DNA of 64,000 bases from an uncultured Gammaproteobacteria bacterium. GTDB lineage: Bacteria; Patescibacteriota; Patescibacteriia; Magasanikbacterales; GWA2-37-8. Both the position numbers and the translations under genes were made by a program. Positions 21,333-28,836 of the stretch are shown here, piece after piece. Numbering within the stretch: position 1 is the stretch's first letter; each line of letters begins with the position of its first letter. The stretch covers positions 267,978-331,977 of the forward strand of contig CAYOXC010000001.1 in NCBI GenBank assembly GCA_964407865.1, given 5' to 3'. The notes beneath the pieces were generated by a model. That model saw only the letters and a program-made list of their open reading frames with translations. It searched no databases and was not told the DNA's origin.

Positions 21333-22077
21333 TATTTTTTATTTTTACTGGATTGACTGGCTTGGAATTTTCACCGGAAAAACTTTGCTCCATCGGCGCC
21401 TCGGCAATCTTATCAACCACATCCAAACCCTTTACCACTTGACCAAAAATTACATAATTTTTCTCCAGCGGGTAATCTTTATGCATTATAAAAAATTGAC
21501 AACCATTAGTATTTGGCCCAGAATTCGCCATGGCGACAATACCGCGTTTATATTCTCCAGAAAAAGGTTCGTCATCAAAAGTATAGCCAGGATTGCCGGT
21601 GCCGTCTCCTTTTGGATCACCGCCCTGAATCATAAAACCGCTAATCGCTCGATGAAAAATGGTATTATCATAAAAATTATTTTTCGACAGTAAAACGAAA
21701 TTATTGACGGTAAGCGGTGTCTTGTCGGCAAATAAGTTTATCTCAATGTCACCTTCTTCAGTATGAAGAATGGCTGTATATTGTTTACCCGCTTGGATTA
21801 CTACTGGCATAGATTGTGGAGTTGGTTGATTAGTTGTTTTATTTTCTTCGTTCGGAACATCACTCTCTGCCGGTTCTCTGACGATGCCATTGGCGAGATC
21901 ATCTATTTTTTCCTCAAGTATTTTTGCACCTTCTTCAAAACTGACATTATTTTTAATATCATCTGCCTGGTATACTTTTGGCGTTTGATATTGACCGTTA
22001 AAAAAAGCGCAACCGGATAAAACAGTTATGCAGGATAATATCAATATAGACAATGATATGTTGCCCTTATTTTGCAT
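21313..22077 (-). CDS. Cyclophilin-type peptidyl-prolyl cis-trans isomerase, lipoprotein
   Basis: Lipobox LSGC; FHRAISGFMIQGGDP...GIVAMANSGPNTNGCQFFI cyclophilin core. The likely start is the internal M at 22077; the track ORF extends to 22134. Confidence 0.85.
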   Translation of the reverse strand: MQNKGNISLSILILSCITVLSGCAFFNGQYQTPKVYQADDIKNNVSFEEGAKILEEKIDDLANGIVREPAESDVPNEENKTTNQPTPQSMPVVIQAGKQYTAILHTEEGDIEINLFADKTPLTVNNFVLLSKNNFYDNTIFHRAISGFMIQGGDPKGDGTGNPGYTFDDEPFSGEYKRGIVAMANSGPNTNGCQFFIMHKDYPLEKNYVIFGQVVKGLDVVDKIAEAPMEQSFSGENSKPVNPVKIKNIDIIEK

Positions 22078-22141
22078 ACATTTATACATTGTATTAATAA
22101 TATAGCATAAAACGAGAAAAGAAAAGCCCCGCAAACTTTAT

Positions 22142-22200
22142 CTATAATCAATCATCAAAAAATATATCGATTGATAAGATGTTTGTGTTTGCGGGGGCCA
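22142..22200 (-). terminator. Long hairpin terminator after the 22304-22636 gene
   Basis: CCCCGCAAAC...GTTTGCGGGG 10-bp stem followed by a T-rich run on the minus strand. Confidence 0.45.
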
Positions 22201-22303
22201 AGTCCACAGGCTCTTCGACAAATAACAATCCTTAAAAAAATCGAGCCTTTGGACAACCTGCTTCGCGTTGATTTTGTTCATTCTTACCTCCACACTTACT
22301 TCT

Positions 22304-22636
22304 TTAATCGAACGGAACGTCTTTCTTTCTCTCCAGAACACTACCGGGACAGAAGCGCTTTGATTCAACTACAACCCTAAGGACATCTCCTACTTCACGC
22401 CTTGAAAGCCAACCTTGAACCATGCAGTAACAGATATCGCTCCAACAGGGGGTGAGCGAAACTTCAGTGGTAACAATCCGATCAGGCAGCCTGATAGCTC
22501 TTATCAGGGCGTCAAACGCCCGATCCACCTCCTTTTCGCTAAGTTCTCCCGAACTCACAAGGTCTTTTGCCTTGAAGTACCATTCATATGGTGTGTTTCT
22601 AAGACTTACTATTGCCAGTGTTGCTACCGTCGCCAT
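22304..22636 (-). CDS. Hypothetical protein in GC-rich islet
   Basis: About 110 aa from the ATG at 22634-22636, preceded by GGAGGTG RBS; no recognisable domain; local GC clearly above the genome background. The track ORF extends further upstream to 22711. Confidence 0.4.
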   Translation of the reverse strand: MATVATLAIVSLRNTPYEWYFKAKDLVSSGELSEKEVDRAFDALIRAIRLPDRIVTTEVSLTPCWSDICYCMVQGWLSRREVGDVLRVVVESKRFCPGSVLERKKDVPFD

Positions 22637-22811
22637 AATGCACCTCCTTTCGGTTTTGGCGAAGCTTGAAAATTTCTTACGCACCAGTGCGCTAGAAATT
22701 TTTTTGTTCAATGTTCTATTTATAATTTACCATTTTTTGAATATATAGACGACCCGGTTTGTCAAGACTAAACGTATTTAATTAACCAGTCACTAGCAAT
22801 TTGGTCAATCA

Positions 22812-22868
22812 TCTCTGTAATCAAAAATCTGCCCCAAGGGCAGATTTTTTCCGTGCGGAGGGAGAGGG
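22812..22868. repeat. Direct repeat copy A: terminator hairpin plus 15-nt copy of the tRNA-Ser 3' end (att-like)
   Basis: TCTCTGTAATCAAAAATCTGCCCCAAGGGCAGATTTTTTCCGTGCGGAGGGAGAGGG. The last 15 nt (TGCGGAGGGAGAGGG) equal the 3' end of the tRNA-Ser gene at 24294. Copy B at 24059-24116 is near-identical. Confidence 0.6.
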
Positions 22869-23086
22869 GTTCGGCTTCGACTAAAATTTTCTTCCGAAAA
22901 TTCTGTCTAGCCATCGCCTCGCGCCTGCCTGCCGGCAGGCAGAGTCGCGCCTCACAGCGAAATCAGCGCCCCGCCGTCGCTCGTGGGTAGCAGAACCCCA
23001 ACCCACTCCGCCACACCTCGCGGGTACGATTCATTTTTTCGGCGGAATTTGAGGTTGTGCCAACATCATTGGCACACCACCTAAAA

Positions 23087-23866
23087 TTATTTTACCGCTT
23101 CAACTTTCAAACTTTCAAGTGGCACTCCCTCATATTGTCTTTTACTAATTTCTTTATCCTCTGATAAAACATTAACTTCAAATCCTGCGTCTTTAATAAT
23201 TTTCAAATAGTCTTTTTTGAGCAACGCCCCGCCAACACAGCCAGCTATCAATCCGTCATCATTTTTTTGGGCTTCAGAAAGATTTTTTAATAAAACAATG
23301 TCCGAGAGATACATTCTACCACCTTTTTTCAGCGTTCTATGCGCTTCCCTAAATACTTTTGATTTATCGGGTGCAAGATTGACAACACAATTGCTGATTA
23401 CCACATCAATTGAATTGTCCTCAACAGGCAATTTTTCAATATCGCCTAATCTGAACTCCACATTTTTATAGCCGTATTTGTCGGCGTTGGTCTTAGCTTT
23501 TTCTATCATTTCTTCGGCCATATCCACGCCAATAACTCGGCCGTGCTCACCGACTTTTTTAGCGGCGAGAAAACAATCGAATCCAGCTCCCGAACCCAAA
23601 TCTAAAACAATATCACCCTCTTTTATTTCTCCCATTCCCTTCGGATTACCGCAACCAAGACCAAGATTGGCGTCCGAAACCGATTTAATATCTTGATCAG
23701 AATAGCCAATGCTTTTTGATATTCGCTCATTTTCGACTTTAGAATCGCAACCGCACCTGTTGCAACAACTGCCGCCACCAGCGGCAATCTTGCCATAATG
23801 TTTTTTTACAATTTGTTTAATTTTATCGTTTTGCATAATTTTAGATAATGTTTTTATTAAATGCAA
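23087..23866 (-). CDS. arsM: Arsenite S-adenosylmethionine methyltransferase-like (ArsM family)
   Basis: 259 aa; SAM-binding motif I ([11 protein letters not shown]); ArsM-like cysteine pairs ([20 protein letters not shown]). Confidence 0.75.
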   Translation of the reverse strand: MHLIKTLSKIMQNDKIKQIVKKHYGKIAAGGGSCCNRCGCDSKVENERISKSIGYSDQDIKSVSDANLGLGCGNPKGMGEIKEGDIVLDLGSGAGFDCFLAAKKVGEHGRVIGVDMAEEMIEKAKTNADKYGYKNVEFRLGDIEKLPVEDNSIDVVISNCVVNLAPDKSKVFREAHRTLKKGGRMYLSDIVLLKNLSEAQKNDDGLIAGCVGGALLKKDYLKIIKDAGFEVNVLSEDKEISKRQYEGVPLESLKVEAVK

Positions 23867-24058
23867 TTCTAAACAAAAATTATTTCTGCCGTCTGTTTTT
23901 TCGCCTCGGCGATCGCGGATTCGGCTTCTTGACGCAAATTCCTTGCCTTATTATAAATCATTTTCACTCCTGCGACAATTATTTCTTGCGTTTTTCTGGC
24001 ACAACGATTTTAATTTTTCTCAAATCTTCCGCTGTTATGGCGGCAGTTTGGTTGCTCC

Positions 24059-24116
24059 TCTCTGTAATCAAAAATCTGCCCCAAGGGCAGATTTTTTTCC
24101 GTGCGGAGGGAGAGGG
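24059..24116. repeat. Direct repeat copy B (terminator hairpin plus tRNA-Ser 3'-end copy)
   Basis: Near-identical to 22812-22868 with one extra T in the T-run. Followed by about 180 nt containing TTCGAAT T-loop-like fragments but no foldable tRNA. Confidence 0.6.
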
Positions 24117-24249
24117 CGCTTTGCTATTCGAACTCGCTCGTTTCACTCGCTCTTTGGGAAACCTTCGGGTTTCCCAATACCCTTCCTCAAAATGTGAAAA
24201 CTACCGTTTTCACCCTTTCCCTGTTCGAATCCCTCTAACTTCTCCTACA

Positions 24250-24291
24250 CAATAACAAATAATACACCCTTATAAGGGTGTATTATTTGTT
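24250..24291 (-). terminator. Hairpin immediately 3' of tRNA-Ser
   Basis: AACAAATAATACACCC-ttataa-GGGTGTATTATTTGTT perfect 16-bp inverted repeat. Confidence 0.5.
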
Positions 24292-24293
24292 AT

Positions 24294-24379
24294 GCGGAGG
24301 GAGAGGGATTCGAACCCTCGATACCTTTCGGTATACACGCTTTCCAAGCGTGCGCCATCGACCACTAGGCGACCCCTCC
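24294..24379 (-). tRNA. tRNA-Ser (anticodon GGA) with long variable arm
   Basis: Minus-strand sequence GGAGGGGTCGCCTAGTGGTCGATGGCGCACGCTTGGAAAGCGTGTATACCGAAAGGTATCGAGGGTTCGAATCCCTCTCCCTCCGC folds as a cloverleaf: 7-bp acceptor, D-arm, anticodon loop TTGGAAA, 16-nt variable arm, TTCGAAT T-loop. CCA is not encoded. Confidence 0.85.
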
Positions 24380-24385
24380 AGGGGG

Positions 24386-25174
24386 TTAATTTTTTAGTGT
24401 TTTCCAAGCACGCAAAATTCTACGCAAAAAAACGCTTATTGTCAACATGAAAAATACAGAAATACCCCACTGGGCTGGGGTTAAAGATAGATATCTGGGA
24501 TCAGACCAACTTAAATCAGTTGCCCGCAAAAAATCCAAAAAGAAACGACCCACGCCATAAATCACGAAGCTCCAAAAAAACGTTCTACCTGGCTTAACCT
24601 CACGAAAAACGCGATATAGTATTATTGTCATTCCAAAAACCACTAAAGAAAAAATCGCCTCATATAAACCCAAATCGTGTCTAGAACCGCCGGCAAAATT
24701 TATAGCCAAGAAAAAGTCACTTAACTTTCCAGGATGATCATGAATCATAAAACAACCAATCCTTCCGATCGCCCAACCTAACCACAAAGATATGGCCAGA
24801 ATATCCGCGTATGGCTTAAAACCTGAAAACGATATTTTTCTTTTTCGAGTATAGATTAATAACGCGGCAAAAGCACCGATAAATCCACCGAGCGAGGATG
24901 CGCCGCCGTGCCAGATCCTAAACATTTCAAAAGGATCGCTATAAAACAATCCTGGATCATAATAAACAACATAAAATATCCTGGCGCCAATAATACCGCC
25001 GATAAGAAGCCAAACAAATAAATCCCAAATAATTTGATCTTCGAGTTTTCTCTTTTTTGCCAAATACAGTGATAAAATAAGAGCAGCAACAGCACCGAGT
25101 GAAACAAAAAGCCCCCAGACCTGTATGGTCAAGGGACCTAACGATATTGTTTGCCAAGAAAAAAAAGGTATCAT
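24386..25174 (-). CDS. lgt: Prolipoprotein diacylglyceryl transferase
   Basis: 262 aa polytopic; Lgt N-terminus (LGPLTIQVWGLFVSLG); conserved central region. Confidence 0.85.
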   Translation of the reverse strand: MIPFFSWQTISLGPLTIQVWGLFVSLGAVAALILSLYLAKKRKLEDQIIWDLFVWLLIGGIIGARIFYVVYYDPGLFYSDPFEMFRIWHGGASSLGGFIGAFAALLIYTRKRKISFSGFKPYADILAISLWLGWAIGRIGCFMIHDHPGKLSDFFLAINFAGGSRHDLGLYEAIFSLVVFGMTIILYRVFREVKPGRTFFWSFVIYGVGRFFLDFLRATDLSWSDPRYLSLTPAQWGISVFFMLTISVFLRRILRAWKTLKN

Positions 25175-26553
25175 TTTGATTTAATACAACTTACAACATC
25201 ATCAATATTATCAATCACTTTAAATAAATCGCGATCATTACGACTTATGGTGTGATAATCCTGATACATAACGTGAACGAAATCAGCCAATGGCTGCCAA
25301 AATTCTCGATTGTATAAACAGAGAGGTATGTGCGCAATTTTACCAGTTTCAATAAGGGTGAGCATCTCGAATAAATGATGAAGCGTGCCTAACCCACCTG
25401 GAAAAAAGACAAAACCTTTTGAGGGCGCAGTAATTACAAGTTTTCTAACAAAAGGAAAAGAAAAACCCATTGATTTTGTCAGATAATTATTTCTTCGTTC
25501 CAATCCTCGCACCCGCATGTTAATACCGATACTATCTCCTCCAACTTCAATAGCTCCTTTACTAGCAGCTTCCATAATGCCCGGGCCGCCGCCAGTCACC
25601 ACAGGATAACCAAGCTTGGCAATCTCATGCCCCAATTTATGCGCCGCCTCATAATAATGCGTACCCGGCATTAAACTCTTCGTGCCCAGCACGGTAACGG
25701 CATTACTAATTTTAGTTAAAAATTCAAACCCTTCAACCAATTCAGCCATTATTCTGAATATGCGCCATTCAGCATCTGCGCCCTTGTTAAATTGAGGGCT
25801 AAAAATATTTGGCCGATCAACCGAACCTTTAACGTGCTTGAAAGCATCGTCTGCTGAATCCACCAAATGCCAACTTTTAATATCTTTTTCCGAAACAGCC
25901 TGTGCAGTTTTGCCGGATTTTTCAGTCAAAAATTGTAGTATCGGTTTCCAAAAATCAGATCCAACAAGAATAATTGGTGAATCTGGCATGTAGCCCTGCT
26001 CAATCATATCCACGACTTCAAAAAATTCATCTAATGTTCCAAACCCGCCGGGAAAAAATACAAAAGCATTGGCTGGCGAAGTCAGCATTGTTTTACGAGT
26101 AAAGAAATAGTAAAAAGCAGCAGATTTCTTTACATACGGATTAATACGCTGTTCAAAGGGTAGCTGGATGTTTAACCCAACCGATTCTCCGCCAGCTTCA
26201 TAAGCGCCACGATTTGCCGCTTCCATGATGCCTGGCCCTCCACCAGTAATAGTAGTAAATCCATTCTTGCCTAAAAGATGGCCGAGTTCAACTGCGATTT
26301 TGTAATATTTTGAATTTGGCGCAAGACGGGCAGAGCCCAAAATCGTAACTTCCTTTTTAAGTTCGCCTAAAAACTGGTAACCCTCAACAAATTCTGACAT
26401 CACTCTAAAAATTCTCCATGATTCACGATAGTCAACAATGGCACCAGCAGTAACCAAAGGTTTGTTGTCTTGTTCTACTGCTTTTGATTTTTTTTCAGTG
26501 GTTTTTTTACGAGGCATACCCAGCATATCAACTTCCAGAGACAAACACTGCAA
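25171..26553 (-). CDS. Tandem double LOG-family (TIGR00730 / lysine-decarboxylase-like) protein
   Basis: 460 aa with two consecutive about 190-aa repeats, each carrying GGGPGIMEA and PGGxGTL(D/H)E motifs. Confidence 0.75.
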   Translation of the reverse strand: MQCLSLEVDMLGMPRKKTTEKKSKAVEQDNKPLVTAGAIVDYRESWRIFRVMSEFVEGYQFLGELKKEVTILGSARLAPNSKYYKIAVELGHLLGKNGFTTITGGGPGIMEAANRGAYEAGGESVGLNIQLPFEQRINPYVKKSAAFYYFFTRKTMLTSPANAFVFFPGGFGTLDEFFEVVDMIEQGYMPDSPIILVGSDFWKPILQFLTEKSGKTAQAVSEKDIKSWHLVDSADDAFKHVKGSVDRPNIFSPQFNKGADAEWRIFRIMAELVEGFEFLTKISNAVTVLGTKSLMPGTHYYEAAHKLGHEIAKLGYPVVTGGGPGIMEAASKGAIEVGGDSIGINMRVRGLERRNNYLTKSMGFSFPFVRKLVITAPSKGFVFFPGGLGTLHHLFEMLTLIETGKIAHIPLCLYNREFWQPLADFVHVMYQDYHTISRNDRDLFKVIDNIDDVVSCIKSK

Positions 26554-26673
26554 ATTGTTTGTACTCCGTGATAAAAATTATATTTAATAAAAAAATATAT
26601 TTCAAAAATTAATTATGTGTTTATTTGCTGTAAACTGGAAGTTTTTATATCTGGGCATAAAAAATATCAATTA

Positions 26674-28098
26674 TTAATTTTCAAGATGATGACCCAAACG
26701 AAGAACTGTAGATTCATTCATGCGTCCTCCGATTATTTGTACCCCAACAGGCAGACCTAACTTTGTGTTTCCAAATGGCACTGATAAAGCTGGCATCCCG
26801 GCTACAGAGGCAGGTGAAACCATAACATCGGCCATATACATTGAAAGAGGGTCGTTAATTTTTTCACCAACAGCAAAAGCCGGAAACGGCGATGTTGGGG
26901 TAATCAAAGCGTCAACTTTTTTAAAAATATCATCAAAATCTTTTTTAATAAGCGTTCTTACTGCCTGCGCTCTTTTGTAATAAGCATCGTAATAACCTGC
27001 TGACAAGGCATAAGTACCGATCAGAATCCGTCGTTTAACTTCTTCTGGAAACCCGACTGAACGCGATTTTGCGTATAGATCGTATAATTTTTTTGTCTTA
27101 GCTCTAACTCCGTAGCGCACACCATCAAGACGAGCTAAATTTGAGCTGTCTTCGCTTGGTACGATAATATAATAAACCGCAACAGCATATTTTGTATGTG
27201 GCAAACTAACTGGTACTATTTTACAGCCAAGATTTTTTAACTTATCAATCGATTCTTCGGTTCGTGCTGCTACTTCAGGATCTATGCCCTCTGCCTCAAA
27301 ATATTCCTTTGGTACGCCTATTTTCAATCCCTTAACATGGTTATTTAACTCAATTGAATATTTTGGCACTGTTACATCAACCGTGGTCGCATCTTTTGGA
27401 TCATGCCCGGCAATCACTTCCATAATTAGAGCAACATCTTCAACTGTTTTTGCTATCGGGCCAACAGTGTCTAGTGAAGATGCCATCGGCATGATTCCAA
27501 AGCGCGAATTACGGCCATAACTTGGACGAAGGCCGACCACACCACAAAAAGAAGCGGGTTCACGAATAGAACCGCCTGTATCTTCTGCGATCGAATATAT
27601 TGATTGATTATCAGCAACCGCTGCAGCTGATCCGCCAGAAGAACCGCCGGCAACCTTGCTTTCATTCACCGGATTCCGTACTGGGCCATACATGCTGTTT
27701 TCATTGCTGGCACCGTGACCAAAGGTATCGCAATTATTTTTGCCAATTATAACACCGCCTACTTCTCGAATTTTTTTTATCACTGTCGCATCATAAGCAG
27801 CGGTATAATTATCTAATATTTTTGCCGCACCAGTTGATCTCAAATCTTCTGTACAAATTGCATCTTTTACCGAAAAAGGAATGCCTGTTAAAATATTACC
27901 CTTGCCTTTTTTTAATATTACATCGGCCATTTTTGCTGACTGGACTGCTTCCTCTTCAGTCAAAGATATGAAAGCATTGATTTTTTTGTTTCGCGCCTTT
28001 GCTCGCTTTAGACAGGCCTCTGCAAGTTCAACAGCACTGAACTTTTTCGCCCTCAAACCATCGCTGGCGCTTTTTATTGTAAGCTCATTTATATCCAT
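26674..28098 (-). CDS. gatA: Glutamyl-tRNA(Gln) amidotransferase subunit A
   Basis: Amidase signature GGSSGGSAAAVA. Start chosen at the internal Met at 28098 so it follows the gatC stop; the track ORF extends to 28155 and would overlap gatC. Confidence 0.85.
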   Translation of the reverse strand: MDINELTIKSASDGLRAKKFSAVELAEACLKRAKARNKKINAFISLTEEEAVQSAKMADVILKKGKGNILTGIPFSVKDAICTEDLRSTGAAKILDNYTAAYDATVIKKIREVGGVIIGKNNCDTFGHGASNENSMYGPVRNPVNESKVAGGSSGGSAAAVADNQSIYSIAEDTGGSIREPASFCGVVGLRPSYGRNSRFGIMPMASSLDTVGPIAKTVEDVALIMEVIAGHDPKDATTVDVTVPKYSIELNNHVKGLKIGVPKEYFEAEGIDPEVAARTEESIDKLKNLGCKIVPVSLPHTKYAVAVYYIIVPSEDSSNLARLDGVRYGVRAKTKKLYDLYAKSRSVGFPEEVKRRILIGTYALSAGYYDAYYKRAQAVRTLIKKDFDDIFKKVDALITPTSPFPAFAVGEKINDPLSMYMADVMVSPASVAGMPALSVPFGNTKLGLPVGVQIIGGRMNESTVLRLGHHLEN

Positions 28099-28108
28099 AG
28101 ATAAAACA

Positions 28109-28402
28109 TTATTCTTCCGCAAACACTCCAGGCACCTTAAGTTCACTGTTCTCAACCTCCGGCATTGCCGACATCAAAGCATCTTTGTTATAAGCTCTTA
28201 CTGCCACATCATCTCTGTAAATGTTTGTCAGTCCGGTAACCTGAGCAGTAGGTTCAATACCCTTAATATCAACTTCATTTAAAATTTTCATATAATCTAA
28301 AACAGCTGAAATTGTTTCAGCGTGCCTTTGCTCCTCTTTGTCCGTTAATTCAAGACGGGCCAAAGTAGCAATTTTTTTAATTTCAGAAATTGATATTGGC
28401 AT
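28109..28402 (-). CDS. gatC: Glutamyl-tRNA(Gln) amidotransferase subunit C
   Basis: 97 aa; IKKIATLARLELTDKEEQ...ETISAVLDYM typical GatC. Confidence 0.8.
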   Translation of the reverse strand: MPISISEIKKIATLARLELTDKEEQRHAETISAVLDYMKILNEVDIKGIEPTAQVTGLTNIYRDDVAVRAYNKDALMSAMPEVENSELKVPGVFAEE

Positions 28403-28447
28403 AGAAAAAGCCTCTGAACTATAACAAAAATAGCTATTAGAAGCAAA

Positions 28448-28816
28448 CTATTCACTAATTTTTTCCCTCACTAGCTTGACCACATCTTTAATATTCCAGT
28501 CAGCTTTTACCAAGTAATCATAGGAATGCTGTTCAACCGCCTCAGCCACTCTTTCGTTGTCGTTTAAATTTGTCAAAAGAATTACCTTAACACCAGCGCC
28601 CCAAGGATCTTTTCGCAACTTCTTAAGCATTGTCATACCGTCCATTTTTGGCATTATAATGTCCAAAAGAATCAAATCAGGATGTAAATCAAGAGCTTTT
28701 TCCAGACCCTCCATGCCATCATGGGCCACCTCTACTTCAAAATCATTTTCTTCCAACTGTGCAGAAATTACATCAGCCAATTCTTTTTCATCCTCCACTA
28801 ATAAAATCTTTTTCAT
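28448..28816 (-). CDS. Stand-alone response-regulator receiver (CheY-like) protein
   Basis: 122 aa; ILLVEDEKE...DLILLDIIMPKMDG...KVILLT REC motifs; no output domain. Confidence 0.85.
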   Translation of the reverse strand: MKKILLVEDEKELADVISAQLEENDFEVEVAHDGMEGLEKALDLHPDLILLDIIMPKMDGMTMLKKLRKDPWGAGVKVILLTNLNDNERVAEAVEQHSYDYLVKADWNIKDVVKLVREKISE

Positions 28817-28836
28817 ATTATTAAATCAATTAATAA

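Noticed and set aside
22171-22748. Several 70-100 aa ORFs on both strands in the GC-rich islet
   Set aside because: Mutually overlapping, no RBS. Only the minus-strand frame starting at 22636 has a GGAGG RBS and terminator. Elevated GC inflates random ORF length.
23217-24255. Plus-strand ORFs overlapping arsM and the att-repeat region
   Set aside because: Antisense to arsM or spanning the terminator/repeat sequences. No start context.
24117-24293. Possible second tRNA (two TTCGAAT motifs and tRNA-like 3' end)
   Set aside because: No complementary acceptor 5' strand or D/anticodon arms could be folded by eye. Interpreted as an att-site remnant or tRNA debris.
22140-24380. Integrase, transposase or conjugation genes expected for a mobile island
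   Set aside because: None found by inspection in or near the islet. The element is therefore described as decayed or immobile rather than as an active mobile element.
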